Below are positions 1-9,143 of a stretch of DNA of 64,000 bases, one piece after another (positions within the stretch are counted from its first letter, which is position 1; every line of letters starts with the position of its first letter). Source of the DNA: an uncultured Devosia sp. (GTDB lineage: Bacteria > Pseudomonadota > Alphaproteobacteria > Rhizobiales > Devosiaceae); contig CAYNRZ010000015.1 in the NCBI GenBank assembly GCA_964399695.1, positions 11,167-75,166 on the forward strand, in the 5' to 3' direction. A model generated the notes under the pieces. It had not been told where the DNA came from, did no database searches, and saw only the letters and a list, made by a program, of their open reading frames with translations. The position numbers and the translations under genes are program-made.

Positions 1-627
1 TCACCACGTTGGTGATGGCGCGGCTGTCGCCTTCCGATCCGCCGGAGCCGCGGGGCGCCGGCACGAGGCCGCCATCGTCGGGGCGCACGCCGCCGGGGAA
101 GTCACCCAGCCGTTCGCGGGCCATCAGGATCTGGCCGAGGATCTCGCCGGCCGTCAGGTTGCGCACCAGCTTCTGGGTGCCGGTGTGACAGAAGGAACAG
201 GTCAGGGTGCATCCGACCTGCGAGGACACGCAAAGCGTGCCGCGATCGGACTCGGGGATGTAGACTGTCTCCACGTCCACCGAGGGAACACGCGGATTGA
301 GCGGGTTGCGGAAGCGGAACAGCCACTTGCGCGTGCCGTCGGAAGACACCTGCTCGGTGACGATTTCGGGACGGTCCAGCACGAAACTGTCGGCGAGCTT
401 CTGGCGGAAGCCCTTCTGGATATTGGTCATCCGCTCGAAATCGGTGACGCCGTTGTGGTAAATCCAGTTCCACAGCTGCGCGCTTCGCATCTTGGCCTCG
501 CGCTCGTCGAGGCCGATGCCAGCCAGCATCGCCTTGAGCTCGGTGCGATTTTGCCCGACCAGCGACGGCCGGCCGGCCGGCATGCGGTCGGCGTGGGCAT
601 GATTGTCGAGATCGAGGGCAATGCTCA
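1..627 (-). CDS. rlmN: Dual-specificity rRNA/tRNA adenine-C2 methyltransferase RlmN, N-terminal ~209 codons (gene continues beyond the left window edge)
   Basis: Own translation of the reverse strand from ATG at 627: [69 protein letters not shown]...[12 protein letters not shown]...[42 protein letters not shown]. It has the radical-SAM CxxxCxxC motif in the RlmN context. It is absent from the ORF track because no stop codon lies inside the window. Confidence 0.85.
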
Positions 628-728
628 TCGGAAACGGGCCTTCCGGCATAACAAGGGCGCGCCAATAACATAGTCGCGCCCGTCGCGCAAAGACAGGGTG
701 CTATCGGCGAGGCGTGGGGCCAGCAGGC

Positions 729-1247
729 TCAGCCGGTGCAGCCGCCTTCGATGGCGCGCGAGGCAGCGGTCGCACCCGAAAGCGAGAAGGTCTGGACGAT
801 CCGGATACCCTTGTCGCTGGTGGCCTCTACCACCACAGAGGAGCCGGCCCGCAAGGCCGCCGCGAGCGTCTCGCTTTCGGCCGGGTTCTTCAGCCACGCG
901 GCGTCCCCTTGGGTAAACAGCTCGAACACCTGCGGGCCGACGGCGGCGGTGGCCGGCGTATCCGGGGCAAAGCTGTAGCCGGCCACGAGGTTCATCTCGT
1001 TGCGTACGCTCTCGCTGGGGCGGTTGGTCAGATAGAGGTAGCCCGTGGTGTAGCCATCCGGCGTCGGCGTCGTTTCGGTGGGGCGCGACATGGCAAAGCA
1101 GACCGGGCCGACGGAATCGGTGGCCGAATAGGCCGACCAGTTGCGGAACTCGCCAATCAGCTTCACCGACTGGGCAGTCGCCGGAGCGATCTGCCACGTC
1201 AGCGCCAGCAATGTGAGGGACAGCAGCAGGCGTGGGCGGTCGATCAT
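729..1247 (-). CDS. IalB (invasion-associated locus B) family exported protein, paralogue 1
   Basis: ORF 729..1307(-). Likely start is ATG 1247 (MIDRPRLLLSLTLLALTWQIAPATAQS, a signal peptide). Body motifs: FRNWSAY, AGYSF, AAWL, LRAGSSVVVEATS, SLSGATAA. Confidence 0.8.
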   Translation of the reverse strand: MIDRPRLLLSLTLLALTWQIAPATAQSVKLIGEFRNWSAYSATDSVGPVCFAMSRPTETTPTPDGYTTGYLYLTNRPSESVRNEMNLVAGYSFAPDTPATAAVGPQVFELFTQGDAAWLKNPAESETLAAALRAGSSVVVEATSDKGIRIVQTFSLSGATAASRAIEGGCTG

Positions 1248-1297
1248 CAGGAGTCCAGTTCCGGTCTTGCCGGGGCCATCGCCTGCGGCGGCCCGGG

Positions 1298-1840
1298 TCA
1301 GCTGCAAGCCTTGGTCGCCTCGCCCAGCGCCGCAGTCACGCCCGACAGGTTATAGGTATCCGACATGACATTGCCCTTCTGCGAGGTGCCCTTGACCACG
1401 AGCTTGGAGCCGGCCTTCAGCGCAGCCACAAAGCCCGGCTCGTCAGCTGCAACGGCCAGCCAGGCCGCCTCGCCATCGGTCAAGAGGGGATAGGACTTGC
1501 CATCGACGCTGGCGCTGGCGTTCGGCTGCGATGGGTGGAAGGGATAGCCCACCAGCGTCTGCACCTCATTGGTGGTGCCCAGCGTCTTGCGGTTGATGAC
1601 GAGGAAGTGGATCGGGCTGCGTCGCACGGGCGCACCGTTGACTTCGCGCGGACCCCAGTCCTCCGGCTGTGCGGAGATGTAGCATTCAAGACCTGAGGAG
1701 CCGCCATTGCGGGTCCAGGCGGTCCAGCTGTTGAAGGTGCCGAGTTCTTTCGGCTGCTCCTGCGCAAAACCCGGCCCGGCGGCCGAAAGGGCCATGGCAC
1801 CCGAGAGGAGACCGGCCAGAACGAGACGCGTTGAAGTCAT
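1298..1840 (-). CDS. IalB family exported protein, paralogue 2
   Basis: ORF 1298..1912(-). Likely start is ATG 1840, preceded by AGGAAG. Signal peptide MTSTRLVLAGLLSGAMALSAAGPGFAQ. It shares FNSWTAW, VGYPF, AAWL, LKAGSKLVVKGTS and NLSGVTAA with the neighbour. Confidence 0.8.
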   Translation of the reverse strand: MTSTRLVLAGLLSGAMALSAAGPGFAQEQPKELGTFNSWTAWTRNGGSSGLECYISAQPEDWGPREVNGAPVRRSPIHFLVINRKTLGTTNEVQTLVGYPFHPSQPNASASVDGKSYPLLTDGEAAWLAVAADEPGFVAALKAGSKLVVKGTSQKGNVMSDTYNLSGVTAALGEATKACS

Positions 1841-2046
1841 TGCCCGAGCTTCCTTGTTCGATATCGCGCCGAGCCCATCGGCTGGCTGATGGTGCCGATT
1901 CATGGTTACCAAGCTGTCAAGCCGGCAGCGCTTTTGAATTAAGTCGCGACCATTAGCGGCAATCTTGTCGGCAATTTGGCATGGGTTTGTGCCGCTATCG
2001 CTGTTTGACCCCGAGCGGTGAAGGAATGGTTAACGCTTCGTTCAAC

Positions 2047-2586
2047 TCACGCCGCGAGGGGATAGGACTGTTCGACCAGATATGGCCCCCCGCCAACCGA
2101 GTCGCGACTTGAAAACAGGACGAAGCGCGCGACGGGGAAATCGAGCGGCGCGAAGCGGCCGGAGAAAGCGAGGAACCGGGCCACGTCAACGGCGTTGGCA
2201 CCCTTCAGTCGCGCGAGAGCGACGTGGGGCACGAATTTTCGGCCCTCCGGCGCCAGCCCCAGGCGCTGCATGATCCGTTCATGCGCCGATTGCAGGCGCA
2301 TCAAAGCCGCGTTGTTCTCCACCCCGGCATAAAGTGCCCGCGGCTTGTCGCCGCCAAAGCTGCCCAGATGATCGAGACGGATCGAGAAGCCTTCGGTGTG
2401 GTTCAGCCGATCAAGTCCGGCCGTTACCTCGAGGGCCGTCTGGTGATCGACATCGCCGATGAAGCGCAGGGTGATGTGGTAGTTTTCGGTGTCGATCCAG
2501 CGCGCCCCATACAGGCCGCCGCGCTTGAGTGCGAGCGCCTCTGCCACCGTGCCTGGCACCTCGATGCCGGTAAAGATCCTGGGCAT
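2047..2586 (-). CDS. thpR: RNA 2',3'-cyclic phosphodiesterase (2H phosphoesterase, ThpR/LigT family)
   Basis: ORF 2047..2781(-). Start ATG 2586 (MPRIFTGIEVP...). First 2H motif is HITL. The second reads HVAL (Ala where Thr/Ser is expected). Confidence 0.8.
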   Translation of the reverse strand: MPRIFTGIEVPGTVAEALALKRGGLYGARWIDTENYHITLRFIGDVDHQTALEVTAGLDRLNHTEGFSIRLDHLGSFGGDKPRALYAGVENNAALMRLQSAHERIMQRLGLAPEGRKFVPHVALARLKGANAVDVARFLAFSGRFAPLDFPVARFVLFSSRDSVGGGPYLVEQSYPLAA

Positions 2587-2858
2587 GGGACCCTCCATTT
2601 CGCGGCAGTTGCGCCTGATGATTCGTCTCATCAGACACTGGAACGGTAGCGGCGTGTCCCCCACCCCGCAAGCGGCCGTCGCGGCATTGGCAGGACTGCG
2701 GCAATCGCACGCCGTGCCTGCGACATTACGATTCGGAGAGCCGGCCGATCTTGTCTTGTATTCACAAGGGCCTGCCCTCATATTTCACCCTGAACGGTCG
2801 CGCGCGCCCGAAGTCGGGCATGTGCGGCCAAAGCTGCCAGGAAGGGGAATATTCAACC

Positions 2859-3632
2859 ATGGCTGAATTCGACAGACCGACTATCGCCGCTGCGCGGGCC
2901 GGAACCGGCGCAGCCATTGACGAGGGCCTGCGGAGCTACATGCTCAAGGTCTACAACTACATGGGCATTGGGCTCGTGGTCACCGGCCTCGTGGCCTGGT
3001 TCGCCAGTGCCGCCGCCGTCACCACCGACCCGGCGCAGGCCGTCGGCGCGCTGGAGAACGGCCAGCTCGTCACCCAGTGGGGCGCGCTGCTCTATGGCAG
3101 CCCGCTGATGTGGGTGGTGGCGCTGTCGCCGCTGGCCATCGTGCTGGTGCTGAGCTTCGGCATCAACCGGCTCTCGGTGCCGGCCGCGCAGGCGATTTTC
3201 TGGGGCTTCTCGGCCCTGATGGGCCTGTCGCTGTCCTCGATCTTCCTCGTCTATACCGATGCGTCCATCGCCAAGGTGTTCTTCATCACCGCCGCGACCT
3301 TCGGTGCGATGAGCCTTTACGGCTACACCACCAAGCGTGACCTGACCTCGATCGGCAACTTCCTGATCATGGGCCTGATCGGCCTGATCATTGCTTCGAT
3401 CGTCAACATCTTCATGCAGTCGTCGATGCTGGAGTTTGCGATCTCGGTGATCGGCGTGCTGATCTTCGTCGGCCTCACCGCCTACGACACGCAGAAGATC
3501 AAGGAGAGCTATTCGGCTTCGTTCGGCGCCGAAGTGCTGGCCAAGGGCGCCATCATGGGTGCGCTGAACCTCTATCTCGACTTCATCAACCTGTTCATGA
3601 TGCTGCTGCGCCTGTTCGGTAACCGCGAGTAA
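2859..3632 (+). CDS. Bax inhibitor-1/YccA family membrane protein
   Basis: ATG 2859 after GGAAGGGGA. MAEFDRPT...GLRSYMLKVYNYMGIGLVVTGLVAW..., multi-TM, with a YGYTTKRDLTSIGNFLIMGLIGLIIASIVNIF core typical of the family. Confidence 0.88.
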   Translation: MAEFDRPTIAAARAGTGAAIDEGLRSYMLKVYNYMGIGLVVTGLVAWFASAAAVTTDPAQAVGALENGQLVTQWGALLYGSPLMWVVALSPLAIVLVLSFGINRLSVPAAQAIFWGFSALMGLSLSSIFLVYTDASIAKVFFITAATFGAMSLYGYTTKRDLTSIGNFLIMGLIGLIIASIVNIFMQSSMLEFAISVIGVLIFVGLTAYDTQKIKESYSASFGAEVLAKGAIMGALNLYLDFINLFMMLLRLFGNRE

Positions 3633-3691
3633 CCGGGCAAAGGCAGGCGGGTCTGATCCCTCGGATCAGCAAGTCTGATTGGAAATCGTGG

Positions 3692-3729
3692 GGGCCGCGA
3701 TCTACATAGATCGCGGCCCTTCCGTTTTG
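3692..3729 (+). terminator. Rho-independent terminator after the BI-1 gene
   Basis: 13-bp palindrome GGGCCGCGATCTA..TAGATCGCGGCCC followed by TTCCGTTTTG. Confidence 0.7.
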
Positions 3730-3742
3730 CAGTCCCGAGATC

Positions 3743-4243
3743 ATGACCGACATCAGCATCCGTCCGTTCGCCTGGAGCGACGTTCCCGCCATTACTGCCA
3801 TCTACCGGCACTATGTCGAACACTCGACGGCAACCTTCGACCTTGAGGCGCCGGGCGAGGCGTTCATGGCGGAAAAGTTCGGTCACCTCGTCGAACTGGG
3901 TCATCCCGCGGTGGTGGCGGTCGGCCCGGACGGCAAGCTGCTGGGTTATGGCTATGCGTCGATCTACCGCCCGCGACCAGCCTATCGCTTCACCTGCGAG
4001 AACTCGGTCTATTGCGCCCCTGACGCCCAGCGCGGCGGCGTCGGCACGGCGCTGATGCAGCGTGTCATTGCCGACAGTCGAAGCTTCGGCTTTAAGCAGA
4101 TGATTGCCGTGATCACGGCGGAAAGCACCGGCTCGCTGCGGTTGCACGACAAGCTCGGGTTCCGCGAGGTTGGGCGCTATGAGGCGGTGGGGTTCAAGTT
4201 CGACCGCTGGCTCGACATCGTGCACCTGCAGATGGCGCTCTGA
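3743..4243 (+). CDS. GNAT family N-acetyltransferase (phosphinothricin/methionine-sulfoximine acetyltransferase-like)
   Basis: MTDISIRPFAWSDVPAITAIYRHYVEHSTATFDLEAP...RGGVGTALM...LHDKLGFREVGRYEAVGFKFDRWLDIVHLQ, the PAT-like GNAT pattern. Confidence 0.85.
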   Translation: MTDISIRPFAWSDVPAITAIYRHYVEHSTATFDLEAPGEAFMAEKFGHLVELGHPAVVAVGPDGKLLGYGYASIYRPRPAYRFTCENSVYCAPDAQRGGVGTALMQRVIADSRSFGFKQMIAVITAESTGSLRLHDKLGFREVGRYEAVGFKFDRWLDIVHLQMAL

Positions 4244-4258
4244 ACCAGACGAACGAAA

Positions 4259-4299
4259 CAGGGCCCGACGCCAGGCGTCGAGCCCTGATCTGCTTCTTT
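4259..4299. terminator. Hairpin between the convergent GNAT and cheW genes
   Basis: CAGGGCCCGACGCC/GGCGTCGAGCCCTG imperfect inverted repeat followed by a T-rich ATCTGCTTCTTT. Confidence 0.5.
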
Positions 4300-4306
4300 G
4301 GAGACC

Positions 4307-4792
4307 TTAGCCGTCGACGCGGGCGTCCGACACAACGGCGCGAAGGTCGATCAGGCCAACCATGCGGCTGTCGTGGGTCACGATACCGTTGAGCAGTTCG
4401 GTGTCGTTGGAATTGCCCTCGGGTACGACGTGGATGTCGTCCTTGGAGACGGTCAGGATGTCGCTCACGGCGTCCACCAGGATGCCGACCCACTTGTCGC
4501 CGACCGACATCACCACCACGACGTGGTTCTTGGTGGGCGAGGTCTGGCCTTCGCCAAAGCGGGCGCGCAGGTCGAAGATCGGCACGATGGTGCCGCGCAG
4601 GTTGATCACGCCGCGCACGAACTCCCGCGTGTTGGGCAGGGGCGTCGCCCCGTTCCAGGCGCGAATTTCGCGTACCGTGGTGATCTCGACGCCATAGGTC
4701 TGCTCGCCGATCGAGAAGGCGATCAGTTGCATGGTGTTGGTACCGGCGATGGCGTTTCCGGCGATGTCGTCCTTGAATGCCAGGGCTTCCAT
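4307..4792 (-). CDS. cheW: Chemotaxis coupling protein CheW
   Basis: 161 aa. QLIAFSIGEQTYGVEITTVREIRAW...PNTREFVRGVINLRGTIVPIFDLRARFG...VVVMSVGDKWVGILVDAVSDIL. Confidence 0.93.
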   Translation of the reverse strand: MEALAFKDDIAGNAIAGTNTMQLIAFSIGEQTYGVEITTVREIRAWNGATPLPNTREFVRGVINLRGTIVPIFDLRARFGEGQTSPTKNHVVVVMSVGDKWVGILVDAVSDILTVSKDDIHVVPEGNSNDTELLNGIVTHDSRMVGLIDLRAVVSDARVDG

Positions 4793-4866
4793 TCAGTCTC
4801 AGCCTTTCCCGCCCTTTCTGGGCGGCTGATGTTGTTGGTGGCGGCGCAGGGGCCGCCGGGTTCGGG

Positions 4867-7158
4867 TCAGGCGGCGCTCTTGTGCTGTGAACTTGAAGAT
4901 TTCAGCCCCTGGACGTCGACGATGAGTGCAACATTGCCGTCCCCGAGGATGGTGCCGCCGGCGATGCCCTCGATCGACTGGAAGTTCTCCTCGAGCGACT
5001 TGATCACCACCTGCTGCTGACCAATGATGTCGTCGACGATCAGGGCGACCTTCACTCCGCCCTCCGCTTCGCAGAGGACCACGAACCGGCTCTCGGCGGC
5101 GGCGTCCGTGGCCATTTCGAAGCGGCTGGCCAGGTCGACCACCTGCACATATTCGCCACGGACCTGCAGCACCTGACCGCCTGTCGGCATGCGCGAGAAG
5201 TTGGCGCGCGCGCTCTGGATCGTCTCCACGATCGAAGAAAGCGGAATGACGTAGGGGTTATTCGCCACCTTGACGAGCATCACGTCCAGCACGGCAAGGG
5301 TCAGCGGCAGGCGCAGGGTCATACGTGTGCCCTTGCCCGTGCGACTCTTCACATGCACGGACCCGCCGATCTTCTTGATGTTGGACAGCACCACGTCCAT
5401 GCCGACGCCACGGCCCGAGATGTCGGAGACTTCAGAGGCCGTGGAGAAGCCCGGGGCGAAGATCAGCTGGTCGATCTGCTCGTCGGTCAACTGCTGGTCG
5501 GGGCCGACCACCCCGCGATCCCGGGCCACCTGCAGCACGCGCTCGCGGTTGATGCCCTGGCCATCGTCCTCGACGGTGATCAGGATGTTGCCGCCGGCCT
5601 GCTCTGCCGACAGCCTGATGACTCCGCTGTCCGACTTGCCGGCAGCGACGCGGGTTTCCGGCTGCTCGATGCCATGGTCGGCCGAGTTGCGGATCATGTG
5701 GGTCAGCGGATCGGACAGCTGCTCGATGATCGTCTTGTCGATTTCGGTATTCTCACCGACCGTCTCGAGACGGATCTTCTTGCCCGTCTTGGTGGCGAGC
5801 TCGCGCACCAGGCGCGGCATGCGGCTGAACACGGTCTTCACCGGTTGGGCGCGGATCGCCATCACCGAATCCTGCAGGCCGCGGGTGGTCTGGGCCAGCA
5901 CTTCGAGGCCGCGCACCAGTTCCTGGTACTGGGCGCGCAGCGTCTCATCCATCTGCTGGGTCAACATCGACTGGGTAATCACCAGTTCGCCGACCATGTT
6001 GACGACGCGGTCGATCTTGTCGAGGTCGACGCGAATGGACTGGACGCCGTTGCGCCGTTCCTCGGGACCGCTGCGGCGATCATTGTCGCCATCGTGGTCG
6101 TCGGCGGTCGCCGCGGGACGCTGCAGGGGCTGCGGCATCAGCGGCGGCGCGGCCTTCAGGGCAGGCTTCATCGCCGCGGCGAGGTCGGCAAAGCTGACGA
6201 TCTCCGCCTCCGGTTGGGGCGGAGAAGTCTCTGTGGGTGCTGCAACGGCCAGTTCCAGCCCGCCTGGCGCAGCCGTGTCGTCGGCTGCAACCGGCGCCGA
6301 TACGGCCTCGGCGGGCGCAAAGCCTGTCACCTCGGTGATCGTCAGATCGCAGATGCCGTCAACGAACTCGAAGACCTCTGCAATCGCCGCGCGGGTCACC
6401 GTGGGCGATCTAAGCGTGATCTCCCAGGCGCAATAGATGCCGAATGGTTCGAAATCGGGCAGCGCCGGAATGTCGTCGATGGCAGCGCGAACCTCGATCT
6501 CGCCCAGCTGCGCCAACTCACGTAGCAGCAGCAGCGGATCGTTGGCCCGGGCATAAAGTTCGCTGTGTGGGGCGAAGCGGATTTCCCACCGGCCCGGCTC
6601 CGCCGCCATTGGAGAAACGGCAAAGCTGTCGTCCGCAATCCCGGCCAGTTCCAGCGCCTCGTCGAGGCCGGCTTCAGCGGTTTCGCTGTCTTCGGCGTGG
6701 GGCAGGTGAACCATCACCGGAACGAAGTCGATGTCGAACTCCTCCATCGGCTCCCCGGTTGCGTCGGGGTCATTGCCCGAGGTCAGGGCATCGAACTGGG
6801 CCTTCTCGTCGGCGCCATAGCCGGGATCGAGGTCGACACCTTCCTTGGCGGCATTGATGAAGTCGGCGACGATGTCGTTCGCCCTCAGGCAAAGATGGGC
6901 GACAGTCTCGGTCATTTCCACGCGGCCGTCGCGGACGTGATCGAGCAGCGTCTCATAGGCGTGGGCAAAGCCGACCAGGGCTGAGAAGCCAAAGGCGCCG
7001 CCGCCCCCCTTGATGGAGTGGATAGCGCGGAACACCGCATTCAGCCGGTCGCTGGAACGGTCCCCCTCCTCGATGGCAGCGAACTGTTCTTCAAGCTCGA
7101 GCAGCAGTTCGGAGCATTCGTCGAAGTAGGTGGCCTTGAAGTCGTCGAGGTCGCTCAT
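4867..7158 (-). CDS. cheA: Chemotaxis histidine kinase CheA
   Basis: 763 aa. HPt domain (FRAIHSIKGGGGAFGF), dimerisation region, HATPase motifs (HMIRNSADHGIE, VEDDGQGI, GRGVGMDVV) and a C-terminal CheW-like domain. Confidence 0.95.
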   Translation of the reverse strand: MSDLDDFKATYFDECSELLLELEEQFAAIEEGDRSSDRLNAVFRAIHSIKGGGGAFGFSALVGFAHAYETLLDHVRDGRVEMTETVAHLCLRANDIVADFINAAKEGVDLDPGYGADEKAQFDALTSGNDPDATGEPMEEFDIDFVPVMVHLPHAEDSETAEAGLDEALELAGIADDSFAVSPMAAEPGRWEIRFAPHSELYARANDPLLLLRELAQLGEIEVRAAIDDIPALPDFEPFGIYCAWEITLRSPTVTRAAIAEVFEFVDGICDLTITEVTGFAPAEAVSAPVAADDTAAPGGLELAVAAPTETSPPQPEAEIVSFADLAAAMKPALKAAPPLMPQPLQRPAATADDHDGDNDRRSGPEERRNGVQSIRVDLDKIDRVVNMVGELVITQSMLTQQMDETLRAQYQELVRGLEVLAQTTRGLQDSVMAIRAQPVKTVFSRMPRLVRELATKTGKKIRLETVGENTEIDKTIIEQLSDPLTHMIRNSADHGIEQPETRVAAGKSDSGVIRLSAEQAGGNILITVEDDGQGINRERVLQVARDRGVVGPDQQLTDEQIDQLIFAPGFSTASEVSDISGRGVGMDVVLSNIKKIGGSVHVKSRTGKGTRMTLRLPLTLAVLDVMLVKVANNPYVIPLSSIVETIQSARANFSRMPTGGQVLQVRGEYVQVVDLASRFEMATDAAAESRFVVLCEAEGGVKVALIVDDIIGQQQVVIKSLEENFQSIEGIAGGTILGDGNVALIVDVQGLKSSSSQHKSAA

Positions 7159-7204
7159 CGTCTATCGCTTGAAACCCTTCTGGGTTGGCGCGTCGGGCTT
7201 GGTT

Positions 7205-7567
7205 TCAGTGCACCACGCGGTGAATCACCGAGATCAGCTTTTCGGGGTCGAATGGCTTGACGATCCAGCCGGTTCCGCCCGCAGCGCGACCCTGGTCACG
7301 CTTGTCCTGGCTGGTCTCGGTGGTCAGGATCAGGATCGGCAACGAGCTGTGCGCGCCGGAGGCACGAACATTCTTGATGAATTCGATGCCATCCATGACT
7401 GGCATGTTGATGTCGGTGATCACCACATCAACGCTCTCGTTCTTGAGGACGTTTAGTCCCTGCTGGCCGTCTTCGGCCTGTAGCACCTCGAAGCCGGCAT
7501 TGCTCAGCGTGTGGTGCAGCATGGCGAGAATCGTGCGGGAATCATCCACGGTCAGAACGCGCATCAA
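7205..7567 (-). CDS. cheY: Chemotaxis response regulator CheY
   Basis: 120 aa receiver domain. VLTVDDSRT...VVITDINMPVMDGIEF...ILILTTE...GWIVKPF. Confidence 0.93.
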   Translation of the reverse strand: MMRVLTVDDSRTILAMLHHTLSNAGFEVLQAEDGQQGLNVLKNESVDVVITDINMPVMDGIEFIKNVRASGAHSSLPILILTTETSQDKRDQGRAAGGTGWIVKPFDPEKLISVIHRVVH

Positions 7568-7861
7568 TCAATTTCCTTCCAGCATCGGCGCGAAGCGCTC
7601 TGTCAGTCCCAACCTGTCGATAGCCGCCAGAAACGGTACGCTGGGTTTCGTGACAAAAAGTGAAACTTGGCCGCGGCGCGCCGATTCGGCGGCGCTCAGC
7701 AGCAGCAGCAGGCTGTTGGTGGACACGCGCTCGACGTGGTCCCCAAGCAGGCGCACTGATCCGGACTCGACAGCGTCGAGCAATTCATCCCGCAGCGGAT
7801 CGAGTGCATCGAGGTCGATGATCGCCGGCAAGCTGATGGTTCTGGTATTCACGTCGGCCAT
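7568..7861 (-). CDS. cheS: STAS-like small chemotaxis protein (CheS-like)
   Basis: 97 aa, directly abutting cheY (stop at 7568, cheY start at 7567). Position and size match the 97-aa CheS encoded upstream of cheY1 in Sinorhizobium meliloti. The sequence-level assignment is from memory and is not a database hit. Confidence 0.6.
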   Translation of the reverse strand: MADVNTRTISLPAIIDLDALDPLRDELLDAVESGSVRLLGDHVERVSTNSLLLLLSAAESARRGQVSLFVTKPSVPFLAAIDRLGLTERFAPMLEGN

Positions 7862-7937
7862 GGATCGTCTGCCCCCACGGACTGGTCCTCCGGGGCAGTG
7901 TCCACGGCAACGGTTTAGGAAGTGCTAAGCGGTCGGG

Positions 7938-9131
7938 CTAGCGCCGGAAAATCGCCACAAGTTCGACATGGGCAGCGTAGGCGAACTGGTCGACCGGCGT
8001 CACCGAGACCAATTTGTAGCCGCCGCCGACGAGAATCGCTGCATCGCGGGCAAAGCTCGTCGGGTCGCAGGACACGGCAACGACTGTCTTGACCTTGGAG
8101 CTCGCCAGCTCGCGGGCCTGCGCCTCCGCGCCTGCTCGGGGCGGGTCAAAGACCACTGCGTCGTGCCGATCAAGTTCGATCGGGGCCAGCGGGTCACGGA
8201 ACAGATCCCGGGCCTGGGTGATGACTGGCTTGAGGCCCTGGGTGTGGTTGACAGCCTTCTGCAGCGCCGCCACGGCGTAGCGGTCGCTATCGGCGGCATA
8301 CACGCGGGCCTGGCCAGCCAGCCTCAGGGCAAACGGACCCACGCCGCAGAACAGGTCTGCAACCGTCCTGGCCCTGCCAACACCTGCGACGACGAGGCCA
8401 GCCAGCGCCTCCTCTGCCGCTGCGGTGGCCTGCAGGAAACTGGCCGGTGGCAGTTCGACCAGCGATTTGCCCATCCGAACCGCGGGGACGCGCGCCATGT
8501 AGACGGGCTCACCGTTGAAGATCAGTCGGGCGAGGTGGTGTTCACGCGCGAAGCCGGCCAATTGCTCGGAACGGAGCTTCCGCTCCGAACGCACCGACAG
8601 GTCGATCCCGGTATCGGTCAGGGTGAAACTGGCCTCGCAGTTTCCAGCCAGGGGGCCGAGGGCACGGGCAATGCGCGGCGCCGCAGTCGCCAAACCGGGC
8701 ACGAGGATCGGGCAAGTGTCGATATCGAGTACATCGTGGCTGCGCGCCCGCATGTAGCCCGCTTCGCGACCGCGCACGTGCAGCGTGCTCCGCCGCCGGC
8801 CGGTGCCGCGGGCGTCGACCAGTTCGGCCACCGACGCGTCAAGGCCGACTCGTCGCAGGGGTTCGACGACGAGGTTACGCTTGAACGCCGCATAGGCGGC
8901 CGGCGTCAGGTGCTGCAGGCTGCAGCCGCCGCAGTGGCCGAAATGCGGGCAGGGCGGTTCTTCGCGGTCCGGGCTGGGTTGCAGCACGTCCACAAGCTTG
9001 GCGCGGCTGCCCTCACGCTCGATGCGGACCCGTTCTCCGGGCAGCGCGAACGGCACGAACAGGCGGTCGTCGCCAAGGTGCGCAATGCCGTCGCCGTGCT
9101 GGCCGAGGCTGTCGATGGTGATCTCGATCAT
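7938..9131 (-). CDS. Class I SAM-dependent RNA (uracil-C5) methyltransferase, RumA/TrmA family
   Basis: 397 aa. N-terminal TRAM-like region, Fe-S cysteines CPHFGHCGGCSLQH, SAM motif DLFCGVGPFAL, C-terminal VSCDPTSFARD. Confidence 0.85.
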   Translation of the reverse strand: MIEITIDSLGQHGDGIAHLGDDRLFVPFALPGERVRIEREGSRAKLVDVLQPSPDREEPPCPHFGHCGGCSLQHLTPAAYAAFKRNLVVEPLRRVGLDASVAELVDARGTGRRRSTLHVRGREAGYMRARSHDVLDIDTCPILVPGLATAAPRIARALGPLAGNCEASFTLTDTGIDLSVRSERKLRSEQLAGFAREHHLARLIFNGEPVYMARVPAVRMGKSLVELPPASFLQATAAAEEALAGLVVAGVGRARTVADLFCGVGPFALRLAGQARVYAADSDRYAVAALQKAVNHTQGLKPVITQARDLFRDPLAPIELDRHDAVVFDPPRAGAEAQARELASSKVKTVVAVSCDPTSFARDAAILVGGGYKLVSVTPVDQFAYAAHVELVAIFRR

Positions 9132-9143
9132 GCCGAGGGCCTA

